Shown: in pieces, positions 12,185 to 25,839 of the stretch
How the letters are laid out: each line of letters begins with the position of its first letter
How positions within the stretch are numbered: position 1 is the first letter of the stretch
Source: Azolla caroliniana
Lineage: Eukaryota > Plantae > Polypodiophyta
NCBI GenBank assembly: GCA_043228905.1
Contig: JBHGNT010000010.1
Coordinates: 992,001-1,056,000 of the forward strand
DNA length: 64,000 nt
Direction of reading: 5' to 3'
Program-made: the position numbers and the translations under genes
The notes under the pieces: generated by a model
Told to the model about the DNA's origin: nothing
What the model saw: only the letters and a program-made list of their open reading frames with translations
Databases searched by the model: none

Positions 12185-13880
12185 TTTATTTTTTCCAAAA
12201 ACAAAACTCCTTCCATTAGTTATAAAATTTTACAACTAAGAATGCTATTAATAAATCCCGGTAGGGATGTGATAGTTCTATCTTATATGGAGGCCCACTT
12301 ACTCAAGAAAGGGAGAGGGCGACCATTGTTGGATGAACGCTAATCGTTGTCTTCCATCTCCATCGGATCCGCTCGTGATGCAATCGTATTAGCTCTTTAG
12401 CGTGGTTACAACGTCACTTCATATCGCCTACAAAAACATCGCTTGATGCATGGTTTGATTGGAGAAGACCCCCCTACAACATTGTTTCCAAAGAATCCAT
12501 AGTGTTATTGGCTTGACCAATTCCAGCATGACTTGAGCTTTGGCATTGATGGGAGTTGATTAGATATTGTCGATGATGGAAAACAAGATCTTTTGTGCCT
12601 TTATCACCAACACCATCCCATCCTCCTAGTGTTCCTATTTGTCAATTGGGGCTTGCCATGATAACCAGCATACATCCCCCCACTTGATTGTGGCTTGCAC
12701 ATAGTATAATTGCAATAGTTGGCCAACCCCCTGCCATATTTGATGGGCATATGGGTAAGTCCTACAGAGCATGTCAGGTTTGATTCTTACCATTGCATTG
12801 GAGCATGCTACACAATTAGGAGAGCTAAGCATCCCACGTTTCCACACTCTAATCGGCAGTGACCTATGTGTTAATAGTCATTACCACGTGGTAATTCGCC
12901 TACATTGTTGTTGTTTCCATCATTGTTGCCAAAACTTGGTAATAATTGTATGGGGAACATGATATGTGTGCCATATCTTTAAAGTAGCCGGTTCTTTATC
13001 GGTTTGAGCAGCTAGGATGTGGCGACCCAATCTAATAATGAATTGGAAGAAGGGGATGGTTTTGCTTCCTTAGCCCGCATAAGGATTGCACCACGTCCAT
13101 TGCAAAGGGTCCCAGGTGACCTTACTTAGCCATGTGTTTTCATGCGCGCATATATGCTATTCTGGTTCTACTTTGATCAAATCGGGACCCACAATCCACT
13201 TATAGCCTATATACGCGAGCATTCGAATTGTCATGTTCAATGTTGTTGGTTCCTCATTGTCTCGCAGCTCGTGGCCTTGGATCCTATATGGTGTTTCCCT
13301 ACCTCTTAGAATCGAAGAACCATCTTTCTCGTTGCCTATCCACTTCTCCATTGCTGTCCTTGAACTAGCAACTTCCCTACGCAATAGAGAGTTCATAATT
13401 TTAGATCTCATAGTTCATCTACCCCAAATTTCATGGAGTATGTTGGCTTGATCTTGTAATGGTAGTGACATAAACCGCCTCCAACATTCTATACTCTTTG
13501 CCAAACCTTCTACAATGCTTCCCCATGACAACCCCTTACTTGATCCAATTAGTCCGAATTCATCTCGAATACATGGGTTCTACAAGGTGCTTTGATTGAG
13601 CCAACGTCTTATGTCACACCACACCTTCCACATGGATGCACTAAATCTATCCTCCAATTAGCATGAGAACCTTGGTTGGAGATACATGTTTAGAATTCAT
13701 ACCGTCTAAGGGGCCCAATTAGCCCCTATTTGTGGCTTAAAGTAAGTGAATCGTAGTTTTAGTAGCATTTTCCAACAGTCATCCCTTGGTTGGAGTCCCC
13801 ACAACACAAATTTGGTGAGTAATGCTTTGGACTGTGAGAGGGGATCAATCAAACCCATCCCTCCTCACATGCCACGCCAA
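12185..13880 (-). mobile_element. Degenerate 5'-truncated L1-like LINE
   Basis: The minus strand encodes GGMGLIDPLSQSKALLTKFVLWG (post-RT motif, about 13770-13865) and a zf-RVT-like C..C...QIWQGV (12635-12847). It carries the shared 3' tail TAACTAATGGAAGGAG-T-rich-GG-A(n) at about 12185-12225. Only a degenerate TSD (ggattag...) is visible. Confidence 0.75.
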
Positions 13881-14533
13881 GGAGGATTAGAAATTTATAT
13901 TTTCATTCCATATTCATGCAATGATTTCTAACATATATTTATTTATTGTGTATGTCATAGCATTAAATGAACATTTTAAAACTCTTTGTACAAGGAAAAT
14001 AGGAGGGAACGTTGCAACTTTGTACCTCTCCTTGATCTTTTCTTCCAAGCCAGACAATTCATGTTAAAGAATTGCAAACTTTTAGTTGCTTTTCTTCTTC
14101 ATACACTTACTACATTTTAGAAGTTTTAGGTCAATGCTCATGAAAGAGCCTATAATCACAAATATAATATAGAAATCACAATGAATCAAATTACAAAGGT
14201 ATAATCAATAGAAAGCTACCATACTTGGAAAGCTTTGTACTCTAAATTGCGCATTCTATAATCTAATCTACCATGTTTTAGCAAAGATGAAAATCAATAA
14301 ACATCTCCAAAAGCATTTGTGGACTTATGTGAAAATGTATTTACTCTCTTATATCTTACTAATTCATAGGGAATCTTTGCCTTGTAATGAATATTTTTAA
14401 TGTTAAGTGTTTTGTTTATTATTCACACTCCTCTTAGATGCAATGGTTTACACCTTTTATTATTTTCTCTATGCTTTGATCTGCCCTTGTATGAATCCCT
14501 CATCACATAAACATGAAAGTATTTTTGACTCTT

Positions 14534-15040
14534 CATCACCAAAGGATATGAGCCATGGGCCAAGTGTCAAAATTTCCACTTTTTTTAGTAAATTTTATTG
14601 ACATAAACTGCTAGGTTGGAATGATGATAATCATTTTCATGGAAGGCGCATGTGTGCCAAGTGCCAAAATTTCCACCTTTTCTAGTCAATTTTATTGACA
14701 TAAAATGCTAGTTTGGAAAGATGATAATCATTTTCATCGAAGGCACATGTGTACGTATCACAATGATTCTCAAGCATAAGAACATTAAGTATAGAGAAAA
14801 ATATACACCACATTTTTATCTCTGAATCACCAAAGGATCTAAGCCATGGGCCATGCGCCATGTGCCAAAACTTTCACCTTTGTTAGAAACTTTGCATGGC
14901 ATAAAAAGGTGATATGCAAAGATGATAATCATTTTGATGAAAGGCACATGTGTACATATCATAGTTTTTAACTACAATTAAAATGATTCTCAAGAATATG
15001 ATTGTTAAGCATAGTGAAAAATATACACTTCACATTTTCT
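14534..15040. repeat. Compound tandem repeat (three copies of an approximately 97-bp core, two with extra flanks)
   Basis: gcca.gtg.caaaa.tt.cac.ttt...gatgataatcatttt.at.gaaggc.catgtgt occurs at about 14560, 14656 and 14857. Confidence 0.75.
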
Positions 15041-18000
15041 TCTATCAAAGAACCATGATGCAATGACAAATTTATACTTGCAATTACGTAGGGATATAAT
15101 CTTGATTCATCACGTTCACTCGTGGAAAGTTTGGATATTGGATAGGTATAGACACCAATGTGTCGTCCATTGATTGACCCTTAACTAGTCAAGTTCCTAA
15201 AAGTATATAATAATTAATGTATTTGCAGATAAAACTTTCGATCCAAAATTCTCCATTCTTTTCCAAACGAAGGCGTGTTGAACCCACTTTTTTCTTTGAT
15301 TTCACATCAACGAAGGAGGAAACAACCAACACGTAAAGAACAAGAACCATATGTTTAAAATAAAAGTCTTGCGAGCTGGCCTTAGTAAGGGTAAGTTTGT
15401 CTCCTTGGGAAACATGTGAACTAGGAAAGGTGAATTGACAAAAACATCGAAGGATGAGGATAACCAAAATATGACATTGATGTTGACACGAAGGATGGCA
15501 TAATGTGATGGTGCAAACATGTTGGAATTACCCATGTGGACAATAATATTGAATGTGGAAGGATATAACTGTAGGCGTAAAGTGGCTTTGATGTTGGAAC
15601 TCGGAAGGTCTTTCTAAATTCTTACATTAACAATAAACGTTAAAGCCATGGAACAAGGGGGACAAAAGGCAAAGTACAAAGGACAACATGTGGAGTGTGA
15701 GGCTTGAGGGAAGAAAGTGGAAAAAGAAGAAGACGAGGGTAGAAGCAGGTGAGATAGTTAATGCGTTAAAACATATTGTAACTAGGAACATCACTTTTGT
15801 TATAATTTGTCATCCAAATCTATAAGTTCCCACCATGATACCATCTTCTGCACTCCTTCCATCTATGTTTCCGTGCTGGTAGCTAGATCAAACCCTTTTC
15901 ATAGTTTACCATATGGATGGAGTGGATATGTGCATTTAAAAGTTACATTATTTATACTCATTCATCTAACAACACCCCTCCCCCCCAAAAAAAGAAAAGC
16001 TTCTCAAGGCTAGATTCCATAGCTTTGACCTCACTCCGTATGCTCTAATGTACTTTTTGCATGTAGTATTGAAGGTCATAATTCCTTTAACTCGAATCAC
16101 ATCTTCCTCATTATGTCCTGCTTACCTCTTGCTCTTCCTTTCATTTCCTTTGTCCTCTAATTGGTCCATGGTAATCACACAACAAACGAATAAGCAATTG
16201 AGACAACATATTCGCCAAAATATATTTGATAATTGAAAGCATCTCCTTTAAAACAAGTATGCATCAAGGCCTTGTGCAATTTATTGTGTGAATGACACAT
16301 GGGTAAGCTAAACATAGAGTCAAGATAATTCAAGCATAGTGTTTAACTTTTATGTTTGTATCCGTTTTCATGGCATTCTAACATGTTAAAGCACTTCAAA
16401 CATTATGATCTCCAGCATAATGCCCATACTAGGCGTTTTATGATCTTTCTTATTGTCCACCAATGGGGTACGTTTAATGTATACCTTGACAATGACTAGA
16501 GCATAAAGCAACAAATGTAAGTACCAAGTGGAGGGAATGGATACAAACTATATGGATAAGTGAGCACAACTACCATGAACCAAGCCTAAAAACATATTTG
16601 TTGGTGTTTGTGAATGTAGATGTCATGATGGTCTATGTTTCTCAAAGTTTGTTGAGTAAATTCAATCATTTCAAGTTAAAAATTACTGGATGGATGTTGA
16701 GATCGTGATCAAGCATTTAATGTATATTGAGAAGGTAATGCCATATCTCCATCCTTTGAATGCCTTTCCATTAGACAAAACTGCACCAAATACTTCGGTC
16801 GTGCTTCGAATGTTGTGGTTGATTGTCTTAAATCAATAATCAAGATTCTTTTTGTTACGTGCATAACCATAATTGATCATGAGATATATTTTATATATGT
16901 TTCCGTAATCTTATGATGAGTACATGCGGGTTAATTTTGAAAGAAATTTGGGCATGAATTCAATTACAAAGCTATTGTGCGAGATAACTATTATGTATGT
17001 TATCACTTTACCACTTCATATGGAGTAGTCAAGTGTGTGAACAAACTAAGGCCAAGGGTTTTTGCGGCCAAGGCTAGCTACCTTCTTATTGAGGGAGGTG
17101 TGGCTTATGTTGGGATTATGTGAGTGTGGATATGACTCTTGTTAACTAAGCAAGTGTGATCCTCACGGAAACCAAGGTACAACTTGTATCAACACTTACT
17201 TGATGGTATGGGACATTGAGGAGGCTTAGGTTCATCTCACGCCGTCGGTAAGGGGTGATTGGGTGGTTTGTCACACCTCTTTCCTTTCTTTGGTCTATAA
17301 ATATTGATGTTTTCTTTCAATATTTAGTTTGACTCTTACACCTCTAGTGCATTGGATGGCGACTATGGAGCAACACCAACCTAGCATATCCCCATATTGG
17401 TCTTGAGTGCCTCCCTTCCAAAATTTAGGCATAAATTTCTAATCAAATCATACCATTACAAAAAATGTGTTGGTGAGGCCAACACCTTAAAATGTTGCAA
17501 ATAGAAAGAATGATTGAAGATGAAGCAAACGAATGAAAGTGATGGTGCGACCTAGGCTGCAACTATGGTAATTGAGGCTTTGTGTTGTAATCTTGAAGTA
17601 CTTAGTTCCCTAATAGAAATTTTCTTAAAAGGTTGGAGGATCTAGTCAAAGAAAATGATAGCCTCGAAGAAATAGTTTATCATAGATGCACTTTTTCATT
17701 GAAACAATGGAATTGCTTCTTCTAATTTTATGTTTTTATTATGGCATATATTTGCTATTCAAATAGGCCCATAGTTATGTGACTCAAAGAATGTAGCCCA
17801 TCATGGGAAGAAGCTATGCATGACCTCAGTAAGACCTCCCCACAAGAGAAAGACATTGTGCCATCGTGAGGTTCAACAAAAATATATTCTTGTCGTGTAG
17901 TAGTTAAAATCCCAACAAATGAGCATCCTCAATATAAAAACTAAAAAAGTTTATGTGGCATGATAAGGAATCATCCATTAAGTCAATATCATTACTTTTA

Positions 18001-19207
18001 CCTTTTTGGGGCCGTATGGAAATACCTTATATATAATGTTGGAATCATAAAATATCCTAAAAAAAGTGAGTCCCCTCCATGTTGATTGCATGTTAGATCC
18101 TCGTAATGTCATGTAAATCAGGTAGAGTTTGTATCATTGAAGAGTATGATCCCAATAATTATAGTTTAAGCATGACATGCAAATTATATATGGGACCCAA
18201 TTGCGGACATGTAATCACTTAGTCACCCTCTTTGGTTACAAAATCTGAAATATTTGTTAGTTATCTTAATGGTGCAAGTCAAAATATAGTATTTACACAT
18301 AACTTAAGTCTTATCAATAAAGCATAGTGTGCAAATTATGCATGAAAAGTCGATTGTATTGTTTCAAGGTGATGCACAATTGTAATAAGAGTGTTTATGG
18401 CACCAGAAGATGACTACAAAATGATGAATGTATTGGTATAAGTGGTGTAAAGTTGATAACTAACATTGAGCCTTGTTAATGGTTAACGTAAAATAATCAA
18501 TGATCAAATAATCATGAATGTTTAAGTCCAATAACTCGTGAAAATTTAATGGAGATCAATGGTTTGCCAATTTGGATACTTAATAACAAATTCAAATTCA
18601 TACCCTAGTGCTGTGGTCGTGCTTAAGTTGTAGATTTTATGATTAATTGGTTATTAGGGAAACCATTTTCAACATATTTATACTTAAGACTCACACATAT
18701 ATTCTCAACGCTTTGTTTGATCTTCAAGGTTACCTTTACATCCCATACTCACACATACACTATATTAAGGTTCGTTTCATTATTCATAAGCATTCGTCAC
18801 TGAGTCTCTAGTCTTTGATACATCAACATGCCATGTTATCTAATGGCCATGCACAACATGTAACGTGCAAAGATTTCCATTCGCAAGGCTTTTACACATT
18901 GATGACAATAGCTACACACACAAAAACGAAAGAAACATATGACGTGTACGATCCCACCCATAGAACAAGAATCGAGAGGTGAGGAAAAAAACTCCATGAA
19001 TCCACGATATTGTCAAACCAAGTGGATGCTCAAGAAGTGGCACCGCATGGGTTACTGGTCGATACGAGGACCAATTGTAAGCAACCCCAAAGAGAACTAG
19101 TGGCGCCGACTATGTGATCTTCGAGAACATACATACATACATAGCTTCCAAAGTGTGTTCCAATGATCGAAGCCGTGTCGATGTGTAAGCCGAGTGCCTT
19201 TTTTCAA

Positions 19208-19210
<3 letters not shown>

Positions 19211-19267
<57 letters not shown>
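19211..19267. repeat. (GA)n microsatellite upstream of the AP2/ERF gene
   Basis: Pure GA run; potential BBR/BPC GAGA element (inference). Confidence 0.9.
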
Positions 19268-19270
<3 letters not shown>

Positions 19271-19441
19271 CATTTGACATGATCATTCACCAACAAAAAG
19301 CTCAGAAAAACACACACACACACAACACAACAACAAAAGTACAAACATTAATTGGATTTGATATAATTCCTAATATAATATCATATAATACAATTCTTTA
19401 TTTTATAAAGTTTTGAGGTATATATATATACTGTATACATA

Positions 19442-19449
19442 TATATAAA
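19442..19449 (+). promoter_or_regulatory. Probable TATA box of the DREB/ERF gene
   Basis: TATATAAA is followed by a pyrimidine/CA-rich initiator-like region and lies about 310 bp upstream of the ATG. Confidence 0.55.
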
Positions 19450-19562
19450 GGCCCCACCCTCCTCAACCCCCATTTTACACACACTCTCACATAGCAAATT
19501 GCCCACAACCTCCACCTAGGACTTCATCATCAAATCTGCACATTCTATCACATCTTTTTGAC

Positions 19563-19718
19563 ATGATTCCTCCATCCAATCTGCTGATTATTTGTCTCCG
19601 TTAATGACTCAATCCCTCATACGATGATTCAATCAGGCCCATTATGAGTCCATCATTACATTACCAATTCCTGCCAGATGGATCGAGCTTAAACCTGGAT
19701 TGGATTGAACGAGCATAA
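19563..19718 (+). promoter_or_regulatory. Chain of four stop/start-overlapping uORFs (plus one nested uORF) in the putative 5' leader
   Basis: uORFs at 19563-19604, 19604-19627, 19624-19647 and 19644-19718, with junctions TAATG, ATGA and ATGA. A nested uORF lies at 19678-19692. Confidence 0.55.
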
Positions 19719-19754
19719 AGGATTTCCATCCTTTCGATCTGTGGATTAGCGCCA

Positions 19755-19850
19755 ATGAAGCGGGAACCGTCGATGGATGAATTCGGCACTAGCCGTTTAC
19801 ATATGGCCGGGCGAGAGTATATAGTGGACAACTACAGGGAGGCTGAAGAG

Positions 19851-19884
<34 letters not shown>

Positions 19885-20765
19885 GGCCAGGATTAGGGTT
19901 AAATGAAGGGGAGCAGTCAAATAGAAATGTGGATGATGATCATCCAGAAGCTACGATAAGCAGCTGCATAATTAGGAGTGATAGTGAGGAGAGTGAGCAT
20001 GACATGGAGATAAAGAGGAATAAGGAATATAAATGTGGCGGCGGGGGCCGTAGTAGTAGTAGTCGAGGGGGGGGAGGTACGAGGGCTCCGGCCGCCACCG
20101 CCGGTCCGATGATAAAGCACCCAGTGTATCGAGGCATACGGCAGAGGCGGTGGGGGAAGTGGGTGTCGGAGATACGGGAGCCGAGGAAGAAGCGGCGGAT
20201 ATGGCTGGGCAGCTTCTCGACCGCCGAGATGGCGGCCCGCGCATATGATGTCGGTGCCGTGAGTGTGAAGGGCTCGGGCGCCGCGCTCAATTTCCCGGAC
20301 ATTGCGCACACGCTGCCCCGCCCCCTCACGCTCTCCCCACGCGACATCCAGACGGCCGCGGCCGCGGCCGCTGCGGCCTTCGCCACATCGTGTGGCCACC
20401 ACCGGTCAAAGCCGGCCCCGGCCCCGGCCACATTAGAAACCCCCACACCATTGCCACGGCCCGACCACGGTACCACGAAGAATGCCCCTCATACCGACAA
20501 CGACAACAACAACAAGCACACGCTCTATTCCGCCGAATCTTCGCCCATTGCCCCCCCTCCCCATGGACCCATTGGAGACACCATCAAGCTGGAGCCCCAT
20601 GATGATGACAATCATTACAGCTGCATGATTACCACGGATCATGGAGATCATTACGACATCATTAGCGCGCCCGTCGCACCTAATTATGTCACGCTGTGCG
20701 GCGGCGAGATTAACGATTGCGAGATCGAATGGAATGTCTCACTCTGGGATCATGAAGAGCTTTAA
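19755..20765 (+). CDS. AP2/ERF transcription factor, DREB subfamily A-4 (TINY-like), intronless, 336 aa
   Basis: AP2 domain [44 protein letters not shown] with the DREB-type V14/E19 residues. The A-4 motif [22 protein letters not shown] follows, with a C-terminal LWD. A poly-Asn tract comes from (AAT)n. Confidence 0.95.
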
Positions 20766-21759
20766 TTCACGTTGTCATGAATCTGATGACCCCCAACATT
20801 GTAATTAAATTGTTTTTCTGAGGGGTATCCGAGTCGTAAATCTATGAATTTAGCCAGATGAAACATTTCCATTCGTGTGTTCAAGAGTCAAAACCCCGTG
20901 GGTGGCTCAATGTCCGGACACACCGTGTCCGTCCGGACAAAACCCCATCCATATATGTGATGATTACGAGAGAGCGTTATTTGAAACAACATGGAGTGTG
21001 GTGGGGTGCTCAATTGTCTCATCCTAGCAATAGTGAATGTTATGAAGATCGAGGGGTATTTCGGCAAATTTTTTAAAACCCGAATGTTACCGGTGACCAC
21101 ACAACGACCAACTTATGTATGTGCTAATGCGGATAATTATTGCAGGTCATCAATACCCATGTAAATGTGCCAAGGGTGGGGCTTAATGTCCCCTAGTACT
21201 TGGAACTCATAGGTTATTTAGTGTGAGCTTAATTAGGTCTAGCAATTTGTTGTCTGAATTGCTCCTACCAATCTCTCGTTTTACTCAATTAGTTCCTCGT
21301 GGAATACCGATGTATAACTATTTAAATTTTAAAATATTTGATGTGTTATGGCTCGTTCTCTCAATCTTTGCATAGTTTGGTTGCTTGTTTCACACACTTT
21401 TTATGTAGGAATATAGGTAATGACAATCCTAACATGATCACGATGATTTTGTTCCCTAGTATGTGTCAATCTAGATACACATGGATGGGTATTATTGAAA
21501 CACATTGTATTGGAGTTGGTTTAATTGCCTAGAAATTGGCTTTGATTAAAGCATGTAATTGCTACCATGGCACTAAAGTTTTGTTACTTCTAGAGCGGAA
21601 GGCTGGAGCATTTCTTGAAAATTGGTAGTGCATCCAAGTGTAAGCTTTAGATACTTGATTTGGTTTAGCCATGTCTAACTTGAAACCTTAATGTGTTATG
21701 AACTTGGCTACAAATTGATCCAATAAGAAATGTCTCGTAAAAAACTAGCTGGTTTCTCG

Positions 21760-22440
21760 AATTTACCTTTGCCTCATAAACTCTATATTAATCATATTCC
21801 AGTATATACTTAGGGTTTTAAAGGAGATATTTATGTACTCAAAAGTCGTTATAGATGCAATGCTTTTTAGGTGCTTGGGGAGGGGGGTAAGTCAAACATT
21901 TTTGTTAAGTAAAAGGTTATGGTTTCACTGATTTACCTTTGTCTCGCCCATTCTATATTATACTCAAAAGCAAAAATTATGCAATTATATACCTAAAGCA
22001 AAAATTTATGTATTCAAAAGTCTTTATAGAAGCAATGTCACTAATTTACCTTTGTCTTGTTTTGTCTTGTCTATATTAATCATATTCAACTACATACTTA
22101 GGGCCCTAAAGTAAAAATTTATGTACACAAAAATCTTTATAGAAGTGGTGCTTTGTATGTATAAGAATGGATGTTTTGCTTGCGGAGGAGCGAGTTATAC
22201 ATTATTGTTCAATGAAAAGTCTATATTAATCACGCTAGTCTATATGTTTAGGGTATTAAAGCAAAACTTAAGTCTTTAGAGAGTTGAAAGTTTTTCGTTC
22301 AAATAATTTGCCGTTAATCTTGTAAAGTGTATACTAATAATGTCTAATTATATACTTACAGTTTTAAAGCAAACATTTATATACTCAAAAGTCTTTATAG
22401 ATGTGGTGCTTTCTACGTTTTACAAGCAAATGTTATGCTT
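21760..22440. repeat. Degenerate AT-rich tandem array (about 5 shuffled copies)
   Basis: Recurring blocks atttacctttg, ctatattaatca, tatacttagg and aaagcaaaaatttatgtactcaaaagtctttataga. Confidence 0.65.
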
Positions 22441-23934
22441 GTGGGATGAGTTGAGATTTCCAAATGTGACGAGTTAGTGTAAAATTCTCTACTGAAATTG
22501 AAAAAAATCATAGTTCATAACTTCCAGGGCGTACTTTAGTTTCCCTTCCAAAATGAATGGATGATTTTGTTATAATTCCCAACACACAAGTTGTTTTTCC
22601 CAAGAAGATCTCGGTTTCATGGAAAACCTTGCTCTTGATTTTGCGAACCTAAAATTCCTCTACTTGGTATAATTTTTGGCTTATATATTTTGATATTTCA
22701 AAATTCTCATCTAGAAGCTGCCTTCAATTCTATGGGTTTAGAAAGGAGTTTTGAGTGAGCCCTCGTAATAGTAAGGAATAACATTGATAAAGCGGATTTT
22801 GCGAGGGCCATGTTCACGAGTCACGACTAACATTATTCTAGTTATGTGGAATCTTTAAATTTCATATTTCAAAGAGAACAAAGACATTCAACGTTTGGGT
22901 CCCACGGTACTTAGAGACAAGGTGCACATTTTGAGCAAGGATCTAGCAGTGATTAAATGATGGTGACACGTGCTGGCCCATGATAGAGATAGATCCATCA
23001 TGAAGACCATATATGATGTCGTGACCAGCCTTTATGCCCAAAGACATGGCTTTTTGGTTTTGCCTCAACTTATTTTTCCATTTGCTTCAGGAAAGTGAAA
23101 TGACAGAGAGTGTGAGAATACGAAGTGTCTTTTAATCTAGACATGTAATTCAAACTTTATCCTTCGAGCATTAAAGTTTAATGGTGTCCTTGACCTTTCC
23201 TCTCCTTGTCATAAGTATTATAATATTCACTTTTATACTCAATTGATATGTGCGGATACATGCTATACGCAATAGAACTTGTCACAATTCCTAAGTATAG
23301 GCCTTCCTAAAACCTTTTTAGCCAACTTTTTTCAAGCTCCCCTCGTGTAGTTGGAACCAAACCCTATGAGTTGTTGGACTCTAAGCTACTTTGCAGTTTC
23401 GAACATTGTATGCTTATCTCACCTTTGGTATCTTCACTTTCTAATCCTCCCCCCCCCCCCCCCCCCCCCCCAAGTTTCCAGATTTTAAATGTAATTCTCC
23501 TCCATTATAAGCAAGTCATTTCAAGAATTTTGTTGTTGTGATTCGTAGATGCATTAAATTTTACCAAAAAAATACTCATCTCGTGCGTTGGCAGATCATG
23601 CAGATGTTAAAGAGCCTTGTCTTATCCTTCACCTAATAAGAGTTTGTTCTTACACACATTAGGCAACATTCATTGTTTATTGACAAATATGTCGAAAGCG
23701 GAATGTACTATGGTCAATGGTAACATTGTCATTGTTTTTAAATTTTGTATAGAATATTCTCCTACATCATCAATGCTAGAGTGCAAAATTCCCTACATGG
23801 TCCAAGCCCCCGATGGTATAGAATGTTCGTGAGCATGCACACATTGAAAGACCTCACTTGTATTATGTAAGCATAAAAAATATGAAGGTGCTCAAAAGTA
23901 ATCCTAATATTATATTGTATTATTTACTTACACC

Positions 23935-24148
23935 AAAGAGTGTATGGGCCAGGTACATCAAATTGTATAATTGCTACCGATATGTAGAATGGGGATTATT
24001 AATCAAATTCTATTAAATGGATTCAGACATTTAAAGAGTGTATGGGCTAGGTTTGTGATACAATCAAATTGTATAATTGCGACCGATATGTAGAATGGGG
24101 ATTATTAAGCAAAATCTATAAAATGGATTTAGAGATTAAATGGATTCA
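23935..24148. repeat. About 100-bp tandem duplication
   Basis: aaagagtgtatgggc.agg...atcaaattgtataattgc.accgatatgtagaatggggattattaa.caaa.tctat.aaatggatt occurs twice. Confidence 0.85.
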
Positions 24149-25171
24149 TGAAAGGATGGAGATAGGTTATGCGAATTATGAAAAGATAGATGATGGGGTT
24201 AAGGTAGATATGTAGGTTGAGAGCAAATGGAGGACAATGTGATTAATATGGATGGTGATAAATTATTAAGGAATAAATCAAGATTTTTGAAAAACACAAT
24301 AAATTATTTTGAGTTCAAGATGTTGCTAGGCATACCTTCAACAATCATTTAAAATCTTTCACAATCAACTTTTTACCGTTGAATAGTATTCATAAAGAGC
24401 TAATTAGACTATGCTCGATTAGGGGTACTCTTTTTGTACTAGGATTGTGATATTTGATAAGCTTTTATAAAGTGAAGAAAGTGATGGTAAAGTGCTTGGG
24501 GGAGAAGGGGGAGGAGGTAATCATAGCCATTGCTTTCACATTTAGCTAAATTGTTGTGAGGTTCATTGAGCGTGAAAGTAAAGTAGAGAACCATAGGCTT
24601 TTCTTTTCCTTTCGTACTTTTCATATAATTAGAAACTAGAATTGCATGTTGAGTTAGATTTTTGAATTCATGTGCAACTCTCTTGCGTCTAATTCTGTTG
24701 GCTAGATGGTTTAGTTGTAGTAAAAAACATCATAGAGTCAATAGTTTCCAAGTTTGAAACATGGATTCATAGTAAAATGCAAGAAAGAATTGCTTGAGTG
24801 CTTGGACATAGAACTCCCTCTATTGATACATGTCTATATATATTATTACTTCGAGTCGAAATGTATATATGTATACATTTCGCTACCAAAGAAGACAAAG
24901 AACAAAAGTAGCACAAAATTGTGTTTCAATTAATTTTATCCTTTTTTCTCTAACATACAAATTACAATATTGTTTCTCCCCCCTCTAATAATAATGGTAT
25001 ATTAGATTGTATTGTTTAATGTCATGTTGCTTCTTGCTTGCATTGCGTAGTCTTCTTTAGGTTTAGTAAGAGTTAACATTCTATTAATAAGATCATTTTA
25101 GATTTTCCATCATTTTTTATTTATTTATGTTGATCATTATGGAGCAACAATAATCAAGTAGTATGATTGTC

Positions 25172-25470
25172 CAAAGTTCTTGCTGAAATGGGGTAATTCT
25201 CCTATGGTGGGCAGATCATCATCAGGGCCTCAATGGAACTACCAAGCACCCCGATGGCTGTTTCCGGTTTCCAACAACGTCTAGGTGCTATAAATCTCAA
25301 ATTATTAGGTTATTGGAGTTGTTTGGATACGTTTGTTGAAAATGAGGTGGGGACTATGTCCACTTTGGTGGGAAGGCCAGAGTGAGGGCTGGTGAGAGGA
25401 ACTTTGGGTGTTCTATGATGTAATTTTGTTTGCTAACTAATGCGTAGTAGTGTTTTTTTGGAAAAAAAAG
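25172..25470 (+). mobile_element. About 300-bp non-LTR retro-insertion (truncated LINE or SINE) with 16-bp TSD
   Basis: TSD aagtagtatgattgtc at 25156-25171 and 25471-25486. The 3' end reads TAACTAATG...T7-GG-A8. Confidence 0.85.
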
Positions 25471-25577
25471 AAGTAGTATGATTGTCAATTAGAAGTGATA
25501 ATGAGAAAAGAGATATCATAATTTTCTCCACATTAAAACCTCAATAGTGTGACTGCCAATTAGAAGTGTTAATGAGA

Positions 25578-25605
25578 TGGAAGGAGTTTTTTTGGGGGAA
25601 AAAAA
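25578..25605 (+). mobile_element. 28-bp tail-only LINE insertion
   Basis: tggaaggagtttttttgggggaaaaaaa is flanked by agaagtgttaatgaga (25562-25577) and agaagtgttattaatgaga (25606-25624). It matches the 3' ends at about 12190 and 46590. Confidence 0.65.
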
Positions 25606-25629
25606 AGAAGTGTTATTAATGAGAAAAGA

Positions 25630-25839
25630 GTTATCATAATTTTCTTCATATTAAAACCTCAATATAGTCCTTTGGTGAATCTCTCTTCCATAATAGGCCC
25701 TTTAGTGAGGAGAATTGTATCATTTGCGAAAATCGTTATCATAATTTTCTTCATATTAAAACCTCAATATAGTCCTTTGGTGAATCTCTCTTCCATAGTA
25801 GGCCCTTTAGTGAGGAGAATTGTATCATTTGCGAAAATC
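25630..25839. repeat. Recent 105-bp tandem duplication (near-identical)
   Basis: gttatcataattttcttcatattaaaacctc...tgcgaaaatc starts at 25630 and 25735; one mismatch seen. Confidence 0.9.

Noticed and set aside
16700-17300. Possible gypsy integrase remnant (VVD.L-like)
   Set aside because: Too degenerate to support without a database search.
19917-20651. Overlapping alternative-frame ORFs in the AP2 gene
   Set aside because: Expected by-products of a GC-rich CDS, with no recognisable motifs.
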